Assembly (NCBI RefSeq): GCF_001194135.2
Contig: NC_068991.1
Location: 20,368,963 to 20,410,150 of the forward strand
Origin: Octopus bimaculoides
Taxonomy: Eukaryota
Length of the DNA: 41,188 nt
Direction of reading: 5' to 3'
Positions 24,998 through 37,695 of the stretch are shown one piece after another; position 1 is the first letter of the stretch, and each line of letters opens with the position of its first letter. The notes under the pieces were generated by a model that ran no database searches, was not told the origin of the DNA, and was given only the letters and a program-made list of their open reading frames with translations. The position numbers and the translations under genes are program-made.

Positions 24998-25220
24998 AGA
25001 AGTATACATATCTATATGTGTGCGCATTGGTGTGAATATTCGAGCATTCCCGTGTCGTCAATAATCACTGTAAATATGTATTGAAAAATGGAGTGAAAGA
25101 GTTTTGTATGGAAAATAAGTATTCGCTTATAGTATTCGCTAAATTCGTAAAATTCGTAATTACAACGCATATTCCTAATTGATAGCTTCTTCACTCGTTA
25201 AAGAGACAGGCAGCCCAACC

Positions 25221-25275
<55 letters not shown>

Positions 25276-25694
25276 CGTAAATGTATGTATAATTGGTGCA
25301 TATTATATATAGTTACATATAAGATACCTATACATATGTATACAGATATATANNNNNNNNNNNNNNNNNNNNNNNNNNNNNNNNNNNNNNNNNNNNNNNN
25401 NNNNNNNNNNNNNNNNNNNNNNNNNNNNNNNNNNNNNNNNNNNNNNNNNNNNNNNNNNNNNNNNNNNNNNNNNNNNNNNNNNNNNNNNNNNNNNNNNNNN
25501 NNNNNNNNNNNNNNNNNNNNNNNNNNNNNNNNNNNNNNNNNNNNNNNNNNNNNNNNNNNNNNNNNNNNNNNNNNNNNNNNNNNNNNNNNNNNNNNNNNNN
25601 NNNNNNNNNNNNNNNNNNNNNNNNNNNNNNNNNNNNNNNNNNNNNNNNNNNNNNNNNNNNNNNNNNNNNNNNNNNNNNNNNNNNNNNNNNNNNN

Positions 25695-25727
<33 letters not shown>

Positions 25728-26496
25728 TGCAAAACAACTGCTCCACACTCAATTTATTTCGGTCTAATAACAATGCTAAAGCGGAAACAATTACTATAAG
25801 ACATATTCCCACCAGGAATATAACGGTGGCGTTTCTGTTTATATGTTCCTAATGGAGCTGCTGTCGACCAACAACAACAACAACAACAACAACGTCATCA
25901 GTGGACGCCAGATCACCTAATCGAACAGATCACAAGAAGAATCCCGTGGGAATTGGTAAGAGCAAAAAACAACAATAAATGCCAAAAAAATAATATGTAG
26001 AAAGAACTATAACAAGAATGAGGACATTAAGAAGAACAACAACAATTACAGTAACAATCACAATGTTAAGATTAATAACTTCCCCTTATTTATTTATATT
26101 TTATTTATTTATATATTTATTTATTTTATTTATTAAAAGCTCCTACCACCAACCCATCTATGAAAAAAGCCACGTTGTTTTTCTTGGTTTTTTTTTTGGT
26201 TTTTTTTTGGTCTTCTGTATAATCTTTACCGAAAAGTATATGGTTGTCTGTCTGTTTGTGTGTCTTTTACTGGAATTCTGTCGAAATTTTTATAAGATAA
26301 CTTGGTGTTTTTTTTTTATTTTCATTTTGCGTGTATGTATGTATGTATGTATGTATGTATGTATGTATGTGTTTGTACATATAAGTGAGCTGTTGTGTAT
26401 GTATATTTATCTATCTATTTATCAATCAATCAATCAGTCTATCTATTTATCTATCTATCTGTTCTTCTGTTTCTTTATCTATCTGTTTATCTATCC

Positions 26497-26570
<74 letters not shown>

Positions 26571-26971
26571 TTATTTGTGTGTGTGTGTGCGTGTGTGGTA
26601 ACTGTGTATGTGTGCATGTGTGTATGTGTGTTTATGGCCTGACGTTTGTTTTAATGTTTTGCCGTTGGTCTTGTCTTTTGCATGTATATGTATTTTTTGT
26701 GTGTGCATGTGTATATGTACATACATATACATATATACATACATGCATACACACACATTACTTTGAATGACTGTATTTCGTTTTTATTTTATAGTATTTT
26801 TATGTAGCCTTTCGTTTTACATTTTTGTTTTGCTTTCACGTTTTCACTGTTTTGTTTAGTATTGTTGTTGTTGTTATTTTTTTTGCTGGGGTGGGTTGGT
26901 GGATGTGTGGGTGGTGACGGTCGTTTACGCAAACGCAAGACAAACATCGGTTTCACTGCCACTCGTCACGC

Positions 26972-27042
26972 ATGGCTAAACCAACGACCGAGAACGAATT
27001 CGATAAGCTGTCATTTGTTTTAGATAGAAAAAGGGGAACGCG
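26972..27042 (+). CDS. Speculative ATG-containing exon MAKPTTENEFDKLSFVLDRKRGT (phase-2 donor)
   Basis: Open frame from ATG to the consensus donor CG|GTAAGC. No homology recognised. Confidence 0.12.
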
Positions 27043-27859
27043 GTAAGCAAGAAAGGCGAGATAGAAAGAGAGAAGCGTGAAACGAACGTAGGAATGAAAA
27101 AAAGGTAAAATGAGATGGACAAAGAGACAGAGAGAAACATATAATAGAGGAGAAGAGAGTGTGAGTGAGAGTGTGCGAGAGACGGAGAGAAAGAGAAAGA
27201 GAGANNNNNNNNNNNNNNNNNNNNNNNNNNNNNNNNNNNNNNNNNNNNNNNNNNNNNNNNNNNNNNNNNNNNNNNNNNNNNNNNNNNNNNNNNNNNNNNN
27301 NNNNNNNNNNNNNNNNNNNNNNNNNNNNNNNNNNNNNNNNNNNNNNNNNNNNNNNNNNNNNNNNNNNNNNNNNNNNNNNNNNNNNNNNNNNNNNNNNNNN
27401 NNNNNNNNNNNNNNNNNNNNNNNNNNNNNNNNNNNNNNNNNNNNNNNNNNNNNNNNNNNNNNNNNNNNNNNNNNNNNNNNNNNNNNNNNNNNNNNNNNNN
27501 NNNNNNNNNNNNNNNNNNNNNNNNNNNNNNNNNNNNNNNNNNNNNNNNNNNNNNNNNNNNNNNNNNNNNNNNNNNNNNNNNNNNNNNNNNNNNNNNNNNN
27601 NNNNNNNNNNNNNNNNNNNNNNNNNNNNNNNNNNNNNNNNNNNNNNNNNNNNNNNNNNNNNNNNNNNNNNNNNNNNNNNNNNNNNNNNNNNNNNNNNNNN
27701 NNNNNNNNNNNNNNNNNNNNNGACACACATGCGCACACATCTCAACGCTCACACACACACACACAAACGCCCACACATATACACGCGCACATATGATAAG
27801 ATGCATACATACACACATACATACATGCATACATACATGACATAGAAACATAATCCCTT

Positions 27860-27923
<64 letters not shown>

Positions 27924-28121
27924 AATTCAGACGTATATATATACAAAAAGGCATGCATGCATACATATATATGGACATGTGTTGTTCGGACTAGAATATA
28001 ATATACACACATACATGTTCATACATACAATAGCCAATAGTCTGGTCGATTCAGTTATTCGGTGATATCATCATTACTATTCATGTATAACATTTAACAT
28101 TCATGTATAACATGGAGGTGT

Positions 28122-28400
28122 GGATGCACATGGCTTAGTGGTTAGGATGTTGGACTCATGATCGTGAGATTGTGGTTTTGATTCTTGAATGAGTCGCTGT
28201 GCTGTGATGTTGAGGAAAATATTTCATTTCCACAGCAGGTGAAAATGAATAATCCTGCGGCGGACCGGTGGACCGGTGGACCGGCGGACCGGTGGACCGG
28301 TGGACCGGCGGACCGGTGGACCGGTGGACCGGCGGACCGACGTCTCCTCCAGGGAGGAATATATACGCCAGACAAACTGGGAAACCGAATGCTTCTCGTG
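28122..28400 (+). mobile_element. tRNA-derived SINE with V-domain-like segment (family D), carrying an internal tandem expansion
   Basis: A-box tggcttagtgg and a degenerate B-box. cctgcg...ggacc...ccagggaggaatatatacgcc resembles the V-domain core cctgcgatggactggcg...tccaggg. Confidence 0.7.
28258..28339. repeat. GC-rich 8-bp array GGACCGG(T/T/C) with perfect 24-bp higher order
   Basis: Nine full units from 28262 ending T,T,C three times, plus a partial tenth. Confidence 0.97.
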
Positions 28401-28896
28401 GAGTAATGTGAACTAAATATGGCATGTAGTTAACGACCATGTATGATATTCAACCGTCATGCTTAATATTTAAGATTCACAGTCATACATGGTTACTACC
28501 CTGTGTAGTTATGATTGCCCTTTAGTAAGGCATAGTACCCGTTTAATAACCATGTCAGGGGTATGGAAAGGAGTCAACTTTCATAAACCTGTATATCTCC
28601 TGTAGGTATACGGTAGTTCCACCTGGTAGACAACGACAAACTAGTGTATTGGTAGGAGAACATTGTAGGTATTGTTACGATCAGACAAATTATAATGTAA
28701 GAAAAAGGGGTAAACTTCTGATCGCAACAACAAAGTGTTCAAACAGGGAAATTAATATTCATAAATTGAGATTATGTCCAGTCTCAGTTGTGTAAAGGTA
28801 GGTAGTGAACGGTCCGACCCGTATGCAGCTCCGTCTCTCGTTTTGGTACTATCCGCGCCAAGCTCCAGCTGTCTTCTGCACTCCCCTTTTTAACAG

Positions 28897-29022
28897 GTAG
28901 TCCATGAGATTCCCTGACTCGCTCGTTAACAGGAAGGAAACGAGATTATCCAGACCAACGTTATTTCACGCCTGCCAAAAGGTCGTTGACAAACGTTTAT
29001 CTCGCAACCTTCGGAAAATAGT
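28897..29022 (+). CDS. Candidate 126-bp exon (ATG at 28904: MRFPDSLVNRKETRLSRPTLFHACQKVVDKRLSRNLRKI, phase-2 donor)
   Basis: Strong acceptor gtcttctgcactcccctttttaacAG and strong donor GT|GTAAGT in non-repetitive sequence. No homology recognised, so it could be non-coding. Confidence 0.25.
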
Positions 29023-29382
29023 GTAAGTTCTCTCCTTTCATTATAATATAGGTATACATAACAATATACAGATGATCATCTGTTTTAACATTGGACAGGT
29101 ACACAGCCTGTAGCATGCAGACACCTACATGTTCACAGGAAGAGTTGCATCCCGCTCTTCACGTTAGCTTCGATGCCGAACGATGAATGGCAAAGTCGAT
29201 ATCTGCTATTTTTTCGGATTTCTTAAAATTATTTTCTTTTGCAGAATTCAAAGAATTCAAACAAATTTATTACATAACTTCATACAGATCTTAGTTTGCG
29301 CAGGCACGCGCGTGTCTGTGAGTAAACTTGCATGCATGTTGTGTGTGTTTGTGTGTATGTGTGTGTGTGTGTGTGTGTGTGT

Positions 29383-29449
<67 letters not shown>

Positions 29450-29957
29450 NNNNNNNNNNNNNNNNNNNNNNNNNNNNNNNNNNNNNNNNNNNNNNNNNNN
29501 NNNNNNNNNNNNNNNNNNNNNNNNNNNNNNNNNNNNNNNNNNNNNNNNNNNNNNNNNNNNNNNNNNNNNNNNNNNNNNNNNNNNNNNNNNNNNNNNNNNN
29601 NNNNNNNNNNNNNNNNNNNNNNNNNNNNNNNNNNNNNNNNNNNNNNNNNNNNNNNNNNNNNNNNNNNNNNNNNNNNNNNNNNNNNNNNNNNNNNNNNNNN
29701 NNNNNNNNNNNNNNNNNNNNNNNTTGATAAAATCGATATTTAAATATCGATCTTATCCTTATTTATATAAATTTATTTCGTCATTATATTTACTGCGGTG
29801 ATATTCTGACCATATCGCACAAGGAGTTCTTAGGCGGGCAATTTAAACTGGTGGCGTGCATACGTGCATATATATGTATGTATACGTTCGTATATGTAAG
29901 TATATCGTATGTTATATATATATATATATATTTGTATGTATGTGCTTTTCTGAGTGT

Positions 29958-30015
29958 ATTCCACTGATGAGTCAAAGCATTTCTTATGCAAAGCCAGAAA
30001 TCCGGGATCTGGAAT
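29958..30015 (+). ncRNA. Candidate type I hammerhead ribozyme
   Basis: ATTCCA-CTGATGA-[26-nt stem II region containing GCAT/ATGC]-GAAA-TCCGGGA-TC-TGGAAT: intact core, 6-bp stem I, 3-bp stem III, AUC cleavage triplet. The base of stem II is irregular. Confidence 0.6.
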
Positions 30016-30286
30016 TATCCAGTAATTTTTTGCTAGTTTATTTTGTTTCTTTGTCTTCGCTCCTGGTGCTATATGAACATTTATTGTGGTTTAGAGTCAA
30101 GATTTGACTGCTATTCTCAGCATGGCGGTATCCCTTAGATACCCTAAATTATAATTTTATATATACATATATATATATACATACACACACACACACAAAT
30201 ATATACATATTTAAAATATGATATGAGTGTTGTGTGTGTCTGTGTGTGTGTGTACGTGTATAGATAGATAGAAAGATAGATAAATG

Positions 30287-30391
<105 letters not shown>

Positions 30392-30954
30392 TGATAGACA
30401 GGTATGTACGTGCATACCTACATACATGCATAGAGTTTTCTTCATGGATATCCAGCAAGCTTTTGCACTCAAGGACAACGATTAGATCTTTAAAACTTCC
30501 TACGACAAAATTTCGCATCAGGAAGAGTTTGATATTTAAAAGCCAGCAATTATATAACTATAATTCATAGGCTATACAAATCACAACCGAAGGTCGTAAC
30601 TAGCCGGAGACTTTTGGAAGATAGCTAGACGCATTATTTCTAGACTAGTGAATTAGCCATATTCAAAATGTTACAACAAATGCAGAACAGCTGGCATGAA
30701 TTCAATGATGTATCAATTAGAGATGCTATGTATACAGAATACCGACCACATACTTAAAGAGGATAGTCCAACAGACAGAAAGGAAATAAAAGGCTTAGAA
30801 CATTCGACTCAGAAAGTGGGACTGCACCAGCATCCGCGACGTATTTATGGCGGTACAGTCACTATATTATTTATATACGTACACACACACACACACATAC
30901 ACACAACACACAGAAGCACACATACATACATACATACATACATACATACGTCTT

Positions 30955-31387
30955 ATATCTGTTATTTGTTTCAGTCTTTAGACTACGGCCATGCTGGGTC
31001 ACCGCCTTGAAGAATTTTTTAACCTGGCACTTGTTCTATCAACCTCTTGCCGAACCGCTAAGCTACAAGGACGTAGACAAACCAACACCAGTTGTCAGGC
31101 GCTGGTGGGGGACACAGACACAAAGACCAAAGACACACACATACACACAAACACGAACACACACATACACACAAACACGAACACACACATACACACACAC
31201 AGTCATATATATATATATATATATGACGAGCTTCTATAAGTTTCCTTCTACCAGATCCACTTGCAAGGCTTTGGTTGGCCCGAGGTTATTGTAGAAGACA
31301 CCCGCCCAAGGTGCCATGCAGTGAGACTGAACCCAGAACCATGCGGCTGGGAGGCGAACTTCTTATCACACAGCCATTCCTGCGCCT
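30955..31387 (-). mobile_element. Family C SINE, full length (tRNA head, CORE-like domain, internal CA/TA microsatellite)
   Basis: Minus strand starts aggcgcaggaatggctgtgtgataagaagttcg...ggttctgggttcagtctcactgcatggcaccttgggcgggtgtcttctac. Confidence 0.88.
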
Positions 31388-31456
31388 ATCTGCTCATACT
31401 CCTGCGCTCATAAATGCATACATATATTATACATACCTATGCATATTGGTTTTAGT

Positions 31457-31655
31457 GAAGGCATATGACTCAGTAGTTAGAGTTCGAGATTACGATCGTG
31501 AGGTTGTGAGTTCGATTCCTGAACTGGACTTCGTGTTGTGTTCTTGAACAGGATACTTTATTTCCCGTTGCACCAGTTCACTCAGCTGTAGAAATGAGTT
31601 GCGACGTCACTTGTGCCATGCTGTATCCCTCTTTGCTTTTGCCTTGAATAACCTT
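31457..31655 (+). mobile_element. tRNA-derived SINE fragment related to the family D head
   Basis: tgactcagtagttag (A-box) and gagttcgattcc (B-box), then gtgttcttgaacaggatactttatttcccgttgcaccagttcactcagctgtagaaatgagt. Confidence 0.75.
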
Positions 31656-32129
31656 CAGTCGAGATCCAGATTATCTTTGCAATTTCGACTGGTTATTCTC
31701 GATATTGCTCCAATCTGGCCAGCCAGATTTATATATATATATATGTATATAAGGAGAAAATGGAGAGTTTTAACTGATAAACTTCAATTTATTAAAATAT
31801 TTTCAAAATTCTCTGTTATCTACAATTTTTTTCCATACTCAACTCATTCAATTACAAATTAGTAAATTAAAAATTGTATCTTGATATATTAAGTAATACT
31901 GGACTCTTGAACATTTCATCGATATATAAGATTAAACCGGTGAAGCTTGGATGTTAACATCACTTTTTAAGAGGTATCTCTATCCTCAAAATAACCATGT
32001 GTGTGTGTATTTATGTGTAGATAGATAGATATAGATATATGTGTATGTGTGCGTGTGTGCATGTGTGCATACTTGTATATATATGTGCATGTATATGTAT
32101 TCTTCTACTAACGCCCGAGACAAGGTTTC

Positions 32130-32176
<47 letters not shown>

Positions 32177-32612
32177 ACACACACACTCACACACACACAT
32201 TTAATCTATTATCGTTAGTTCAACAAAATATATTATTTCGAACTAACGATTATGGATTAAATGTTGTTTATTCACTCTCAGACTTATCTTTGAATTCATT
32301 ATTCTAAGTGGCCAGACATAGCTTCTTTGAACTTATCACCCTCTGGAATACACACATANNNNNNNNNNNNNNNNNNNNNNNNNNNNNNNNNNNNNNNNNN
32401 NNNNNNNNNNNNNNNNNNNNNNNNNNNNNNNNNNNNNNNNNNNNNNNNNNNNNNNNNNNNNNNNNNNNNNNNNNNNNNNNNNNNNNNNNNNNNNNNNNNN
32501 NNNNNNNNNNNNNNNNNNNNNNNNNNNNNNNNNNNNNNNNNNNNNNNNNNNNNNNNNNNNNNNNNNNNNNNNNNNNNNNTATATATATGTATATATGTAT
32601 ATATATTTGATT

Positions 32613-32652
<40 letters not shown>

Positions 32653-33289
32653 GTAGGTATAGGTATATGTGTGTGCACATATATATGTGTATGTGTGTAT
32701 GTATTTATATGTGTGTATGGGTGTGCGCGCGCGATTGTGTGAGTGTACGTACGGATGTATGTATGTGTGTATATATGTATTTACAAAGTTACTAAATCTG
32801 AACTGAACACCGGATTAATAGTCGGAAGATCTAAAACTCTTATAATCCAAATTCCAAATCAAGGTAAAACCAGTTCCGGAGAAGAAGAGTTGGCTATAAG
32901 AACTATGTAACCCCAGCGTGTAGTAATAAGATAAAAGATAGACATTTAGTTATGCCATGATATTGCTTATAATATTTATGTAAGATGTTATCCAAACATA
33001 GCCATCAATGTAGCCATCGAAGCAAAACTATAAACCTGGCTGTGTGATAAGAAGTTCGCTACTTAACCGCAAGGTTCCGGGTTCAGAAATAAATTCTCGC
33101 TCTTCTTGATATCATTATTATTGTTATTGTCTTTCACAGCCTGTTATCCTTCTCTTGCACAGCTCTACACATACTTAGCCACCACTCGCGCTCATACCGC
33201 TTACACACCTGCCACTAATCTCATCTACCTACATGGATACCTTCCTATTCTCCCTCTTTCCCTAATTCCTTCCCATAGAAATGCATTTC

Positions 33290-33458
33290 TTTCCGGTCCC
33301 CTCAACATTTTCTTTTTTTCCACCACTTTGCTCGTATTTTTTCTGATGAAGAACTAGCTTCCGAAACGTTAATCCCCTTTCCTTTTCCTTTCAAGCATTA
33401 TACTTATAACAAACTTCTTAAACCGTGTCCTTGTGCATTTTCTTGTTTGTGCTCATTC

Positions 33459-33460
<2 letters not shown>
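33290..33460 (+). mobile_element. Penelope-like terminal-repeat remnant with CTGATGA...GAAAC motif
   Basis: ttctgatgaagaactagcttccgaaacgttaa at 33341-33372 in pyrimidine-rich context like the other two PLE-like ends. Confidence 0.5.
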
Positions 33461-33513
<53 letters not shown>

Positions 33514-33935
33514 GCGCGCGTAAATGTCAAACGATGAAAGTTAGTGCTCAACACCACATTGGTGGCTATAATTTCTTTATTTGTGAATTAAGGCTAACAT
33601 TGGTTTCATGTTAAGATACGCAGGAACATAAGCTAGTGTCTTAACAATTTTTCAAGACGATCACATGGAGAAAAGTGTTTGCCTCCAGTTTGGAAAATAC
33701 AGCCTCGTTTAGTTCGTGGAGATATATGTGAGTGCGTGTGTGAGTGTGTGAGTGTATGCATATATATATANNNNNNNNNNNNNNNNNNNNNNNNNNNNNN
33801 NNNNNNNNNNNNNNNNNNNNNNNNNNNNNNNNNNNNNNNNNNNNNNNNNNNNNNNNNNNNNNNNNNNNNNNNNNNNNNNNNNNNNNNNNNNNNNNNNNNN
33901 NNNNNNNNNNNNNNNNNNNNNNNNNNNNATATATG

Positions 33936-33974
<39 letters not shown>

Positions 33975-34516
33975 ACGTACGTACGTATGCATCTATGTAT
34001 ACATATATATATATGTGTATGTATAGATGTGTGTACAGAGTACCAATACAACTTGAGTTGAAAATGATATGCATGCAAAAGTACATAGCATACATTCCAT
34101 AATCTATTTAATCTCCTTATGAAAATGTTCCTCGTTGCTACGCCACAAAACCCTCACCAGCTTACAAAGAGGATCGAACCGACGAGTTTCGACACTCATT
34201 GACGAAATCACATCAGAAATCGCTTACTCTTGTCTCTCAAACTGCCGAAGTCAAGAAGCATAAAGCTACTTATAGAGAATACAAATAAAATTATGACAAA
34301 CCTAACTAAATTTACATAATGGCGGCATAAGGTTGAACGGCTGGCAGAAATAACTATAATGGTTATGAAGTCATATACCATTTGTTTAATAAAAGTTAAT
34401 CTTATATATCTATATCTATTGCCTTTCTCTATACATATATATATACATACATACATACATACATACATACAAACACGTATATATGTATACATGAATATAT
34501 ATACACACACACACAA

Positions 34517-34581
<65 letters not shown>

Positions 34582-35950
34582 NNNNNNNNNNNNNNNNNNN
34601 NNNNNNNNNNNNNNNNNNNNNNNNNNNNNNNNNNNNNNNNNNNNNNNNNNNNNNNNNNNNNNNNNNNNNNNNNNNNNNNNNNNNNNNNNNNNNNNNNNNN
34701 NNNNNNNNNNNNNNNNNNNNNNNNNNNNNNNNNNNNNNNNNNNNNNNNNNNNNNNNNNNNNNNNNNNNNNNNNNNNNNNNNNNNNNNNNNNNNNNNNNNN
34801 NNNNNNNNNNNNNNNNNNNNNNNNNNNNNNNNNNNNNNNNNNNNNNNNNNNNNNNNNNNNNNNNNNNNNNNNNNNNNNNNNNNNNNNNNNNNNNNNNNNN
34901 NNNNNNNNNNNNNNNNNNNNNNNNNNNNNNNNNNNNNNNNNNNNNNNNNNNNNNNNNNNNNNNNNNNNNNNNNNNNNNNNNNNNNNNNNNNNNNNNNNNN
35001 NNNNNNNNNNNNNNNNNNNNNNNNNNNNNNNNNNNNNNNNNNNNNNNNNNNNNNNNNNNNNNNNNNNNNNNNNNNNNNNNNNNNNNNNNNNNNNNNNNNN
35101 NNNNNNNNNNNNNNNNNNNNNNNNNNNNNNNNNNNNNNNNNNNNNNNNNNNNNNNNNNNNNNNNNNNNNNNNNNNNNNNNNNNNNNNNNNNNNNNNNNNN
35201 NNNNNNNNNNNNNNNNNNNNNNNNNNNNNNNNNNNNNNNNNNNNNNNNNNNNNNNNNNNNNNNNNNNNNNNNNNNNNNNNNNNNNNNNNNNNNNNNNNNN
35301 NNNNNNNNNNNNNNNNNNNNNNNNNNNNNNNNNNNNNNNNNNNNNNNNNNNNNNNNNNNNNNNNNNNNNNNNNNNNNNNNNNNNNNNNNNNNNNNNNNNN
35401 NNNNNNNNNNNNNNNNNNNNNNNNNNNNNNNNNNNNNNNNNNNNNNNNNNNNNNNNNNNNNNNNNNNNNNNNNNNNNATATATATATATACATATACATA
35501 TGTATATATACACACACACACAAAGGCATGCACATATACATACGCTGTAATTCCTTTTAACATCACGTCTGCTTCACCAGACCGCACCCCATATCTCAGA
35601 GTGTCTCTAACCTTCCATCCCAACCTATATCCACTTTCTCTGCAAAACTACACACACACACACTCACACAGTTACACACACACACACACACACACACTAA
35701 ACCCAGGAGTGCAAGCTTTGACACAGTCCACTGAACACATGCACTTCGTTAGCAAACAAGTCAAGATAAAAGCTGAAACTGTTGTTCTCTGTATAAGATT
35801 AAAAATGCTCAATTTATTTGCCTTATTCAATCAGAAATACGCAGAGGCTCTGTCTATATTTGTACATATGTAGAAATGTTTGTATGACTGTGTGACTGTG
35901 TGAGTGTGTTCGTATATATATAAACATATATATACAAGTAGATCGATAGG

Positions 35951-36041
<91 letters not shown>

Positions 36042-36540
36042 GTAGATAGTTGGATACGTAGATAGTCAGATAAGTAGATAGTTAGATATGTAGAGATAGA
36101 TAGATAGATCGATAGATAGATAAAGATGCATATATCTACGTATATATATCCATCTATATATATATATATATATNNNNNNNNNNNNNNNNNNNNNNNNNNN
36201 NNNNNNNNNNNNNNNNNNNNNNNNNNNNNNNNNNNNNNNNNNNNNNNNNNNNNNNNNNNNNNNNNNNNNNNNNNNNNNNNNNNNNNNNNNNNNNNNNNNN
36301 NNNNNNNNNNNNNNNNNNNNNNNNNNNNNNNNNNNNNNNNNNNNNNNNNNNNNNNNNNNNNNNNNNNNNNNNNNNNNNNNNNNNNNNNNNNNNNNNNNNN
36401 NNNNNNNNNNNNNNNNNNNNNNNNNNNNNNNNNNNNNNNNNNNNNNNNNNNNNNNNNNNNNNNNNNNNNNNNNNNNNNNNNNNNNNNNNNNNNNNNNNNN
36501 NNNNNNNNNNNNNNNNNNNNNNNNNNNNNNNNNNNNNNNN

Positions 36541-36800
36541 GTCATTTGACTGCGGTCATGCTGGAGCACCGCCTTTAGTCGAGCAAATCGACCCCTGGAC
36601 TTATTCTTTGTAAGCCTAGTATTTATTCTATCGTTTTTTTTTTGTTTTTTTTGTTTTTTGCCGAACCGCTAAGTTACGGGGACGTAAACACACCAGCATC
36701 GGTTGTCAAGCGATGTTGGGGGACAAACACAGACACACAAACACACACATACACACACACATACACACACACATACACACACACATACACACACTCTCGC
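36541..36800 (-). mobile_element. Family C SINE, 3' half
   Basis: gtcatttgactgcggtcatgctggagcaccgcc...gccgaaccgctaagttacggggacgtaaacacaccagcatcggttgtcaagcg. Confidence 0.88.
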
Positions 36801-37079
36801 ACATATTCAAATACATGCAGTACATAGTCGCACGTGATGTACTTGCGACGCAGACATCTTAAGAATACGACGATATGCAAAATAAAAAACATTTATAGAA
36901 ACGATAAACCAGCAACACAGTCGTGTTTTTAGTACAGTATATCCCAAAGTCGTTTTATTCCCTCTATACATATATGTTTGCATGCATGTATGTATGTGTC
37001 TAATTTTGTTCTACATGTCTTCATCAGGCATGTTAACACGCTGCTTGTGAGCTTCATGTACATCTAGTTTACATGTAAA

Positions 37080-37695
37080 GCGCTTCTATTATAATGACCC
37101 ATGTGGTACTTAATTTAACGGCGCCGAAGCATTGCAAAGCATTTGAACTCAGAATATAAAGTGCCGAAAGAATTGTTGCTGAGAAATTTGTCTGACGCAC
37201 AACTAAAGATTCTACTCTCTATCCGCCTTTAGAGGAATTTGTAACAATGTTTTCCATTATAGTCACAAGATCTGGAATTTGGTGGGCGAGAGCTATCGAT
37301 TATATCGACCCCAGTGCTTGACTGGTATTTATTCCATCGACTCCGGGAGGATAAAAGGCGGAACTTGAACTTAGAGACGGACAAAATGCCGCTAAGCATT
37401 CTTGCCCGACGCGCTAACGATTCTACTAGCTCGCCGCTTTAAAGAGAAAGCTGTGGCAATAGTTTCAAATTTTGAATATTCTTTACTTTTCTAGACACAA
37501 GGCCCGATTAGATCGACCCCACTACGCAACTAGTACTTAATTTATCGAACTCAAATGTAAAGTGCCGAAAGAATTCTCGCTAAGAATTTTGTGCAAAGTC
37601 GACCTCGTTGGAATTTGAACTCAGGACGTAAAGACAGACGAAATACCGGTAAGCATTTCGCCCGGCGTGCTAACATTTCTGCCAGGTCGCCGCCT
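37080..37695 (-). mobile_element. Cluster of three rearranged family A SINE copies
   Basis: Repeated Meta-domain and tRNA-head segments at ~37090-37200, ~37260-37440 and ~37490-37695. Confidence 0.8.

Noticed and set aside
25850-25960. Poly-Q frame NGAAVDQQQQQQQQRHQWTPDHLIEQITRRIPWEL ending at donor TTG|GTAAGA
   Set aside because: An in-frame stop lies upstream with no ATG or usable acceptor in between, and the Q-run is a (CAA)n microsatellite.
34170-34215. Minus-strand GTTCGATCC and GAAAC motifs suggesting a tRNA or hammerhead
   Set aside because: No cloverleaf, and no CUGANGA core in the correct position.
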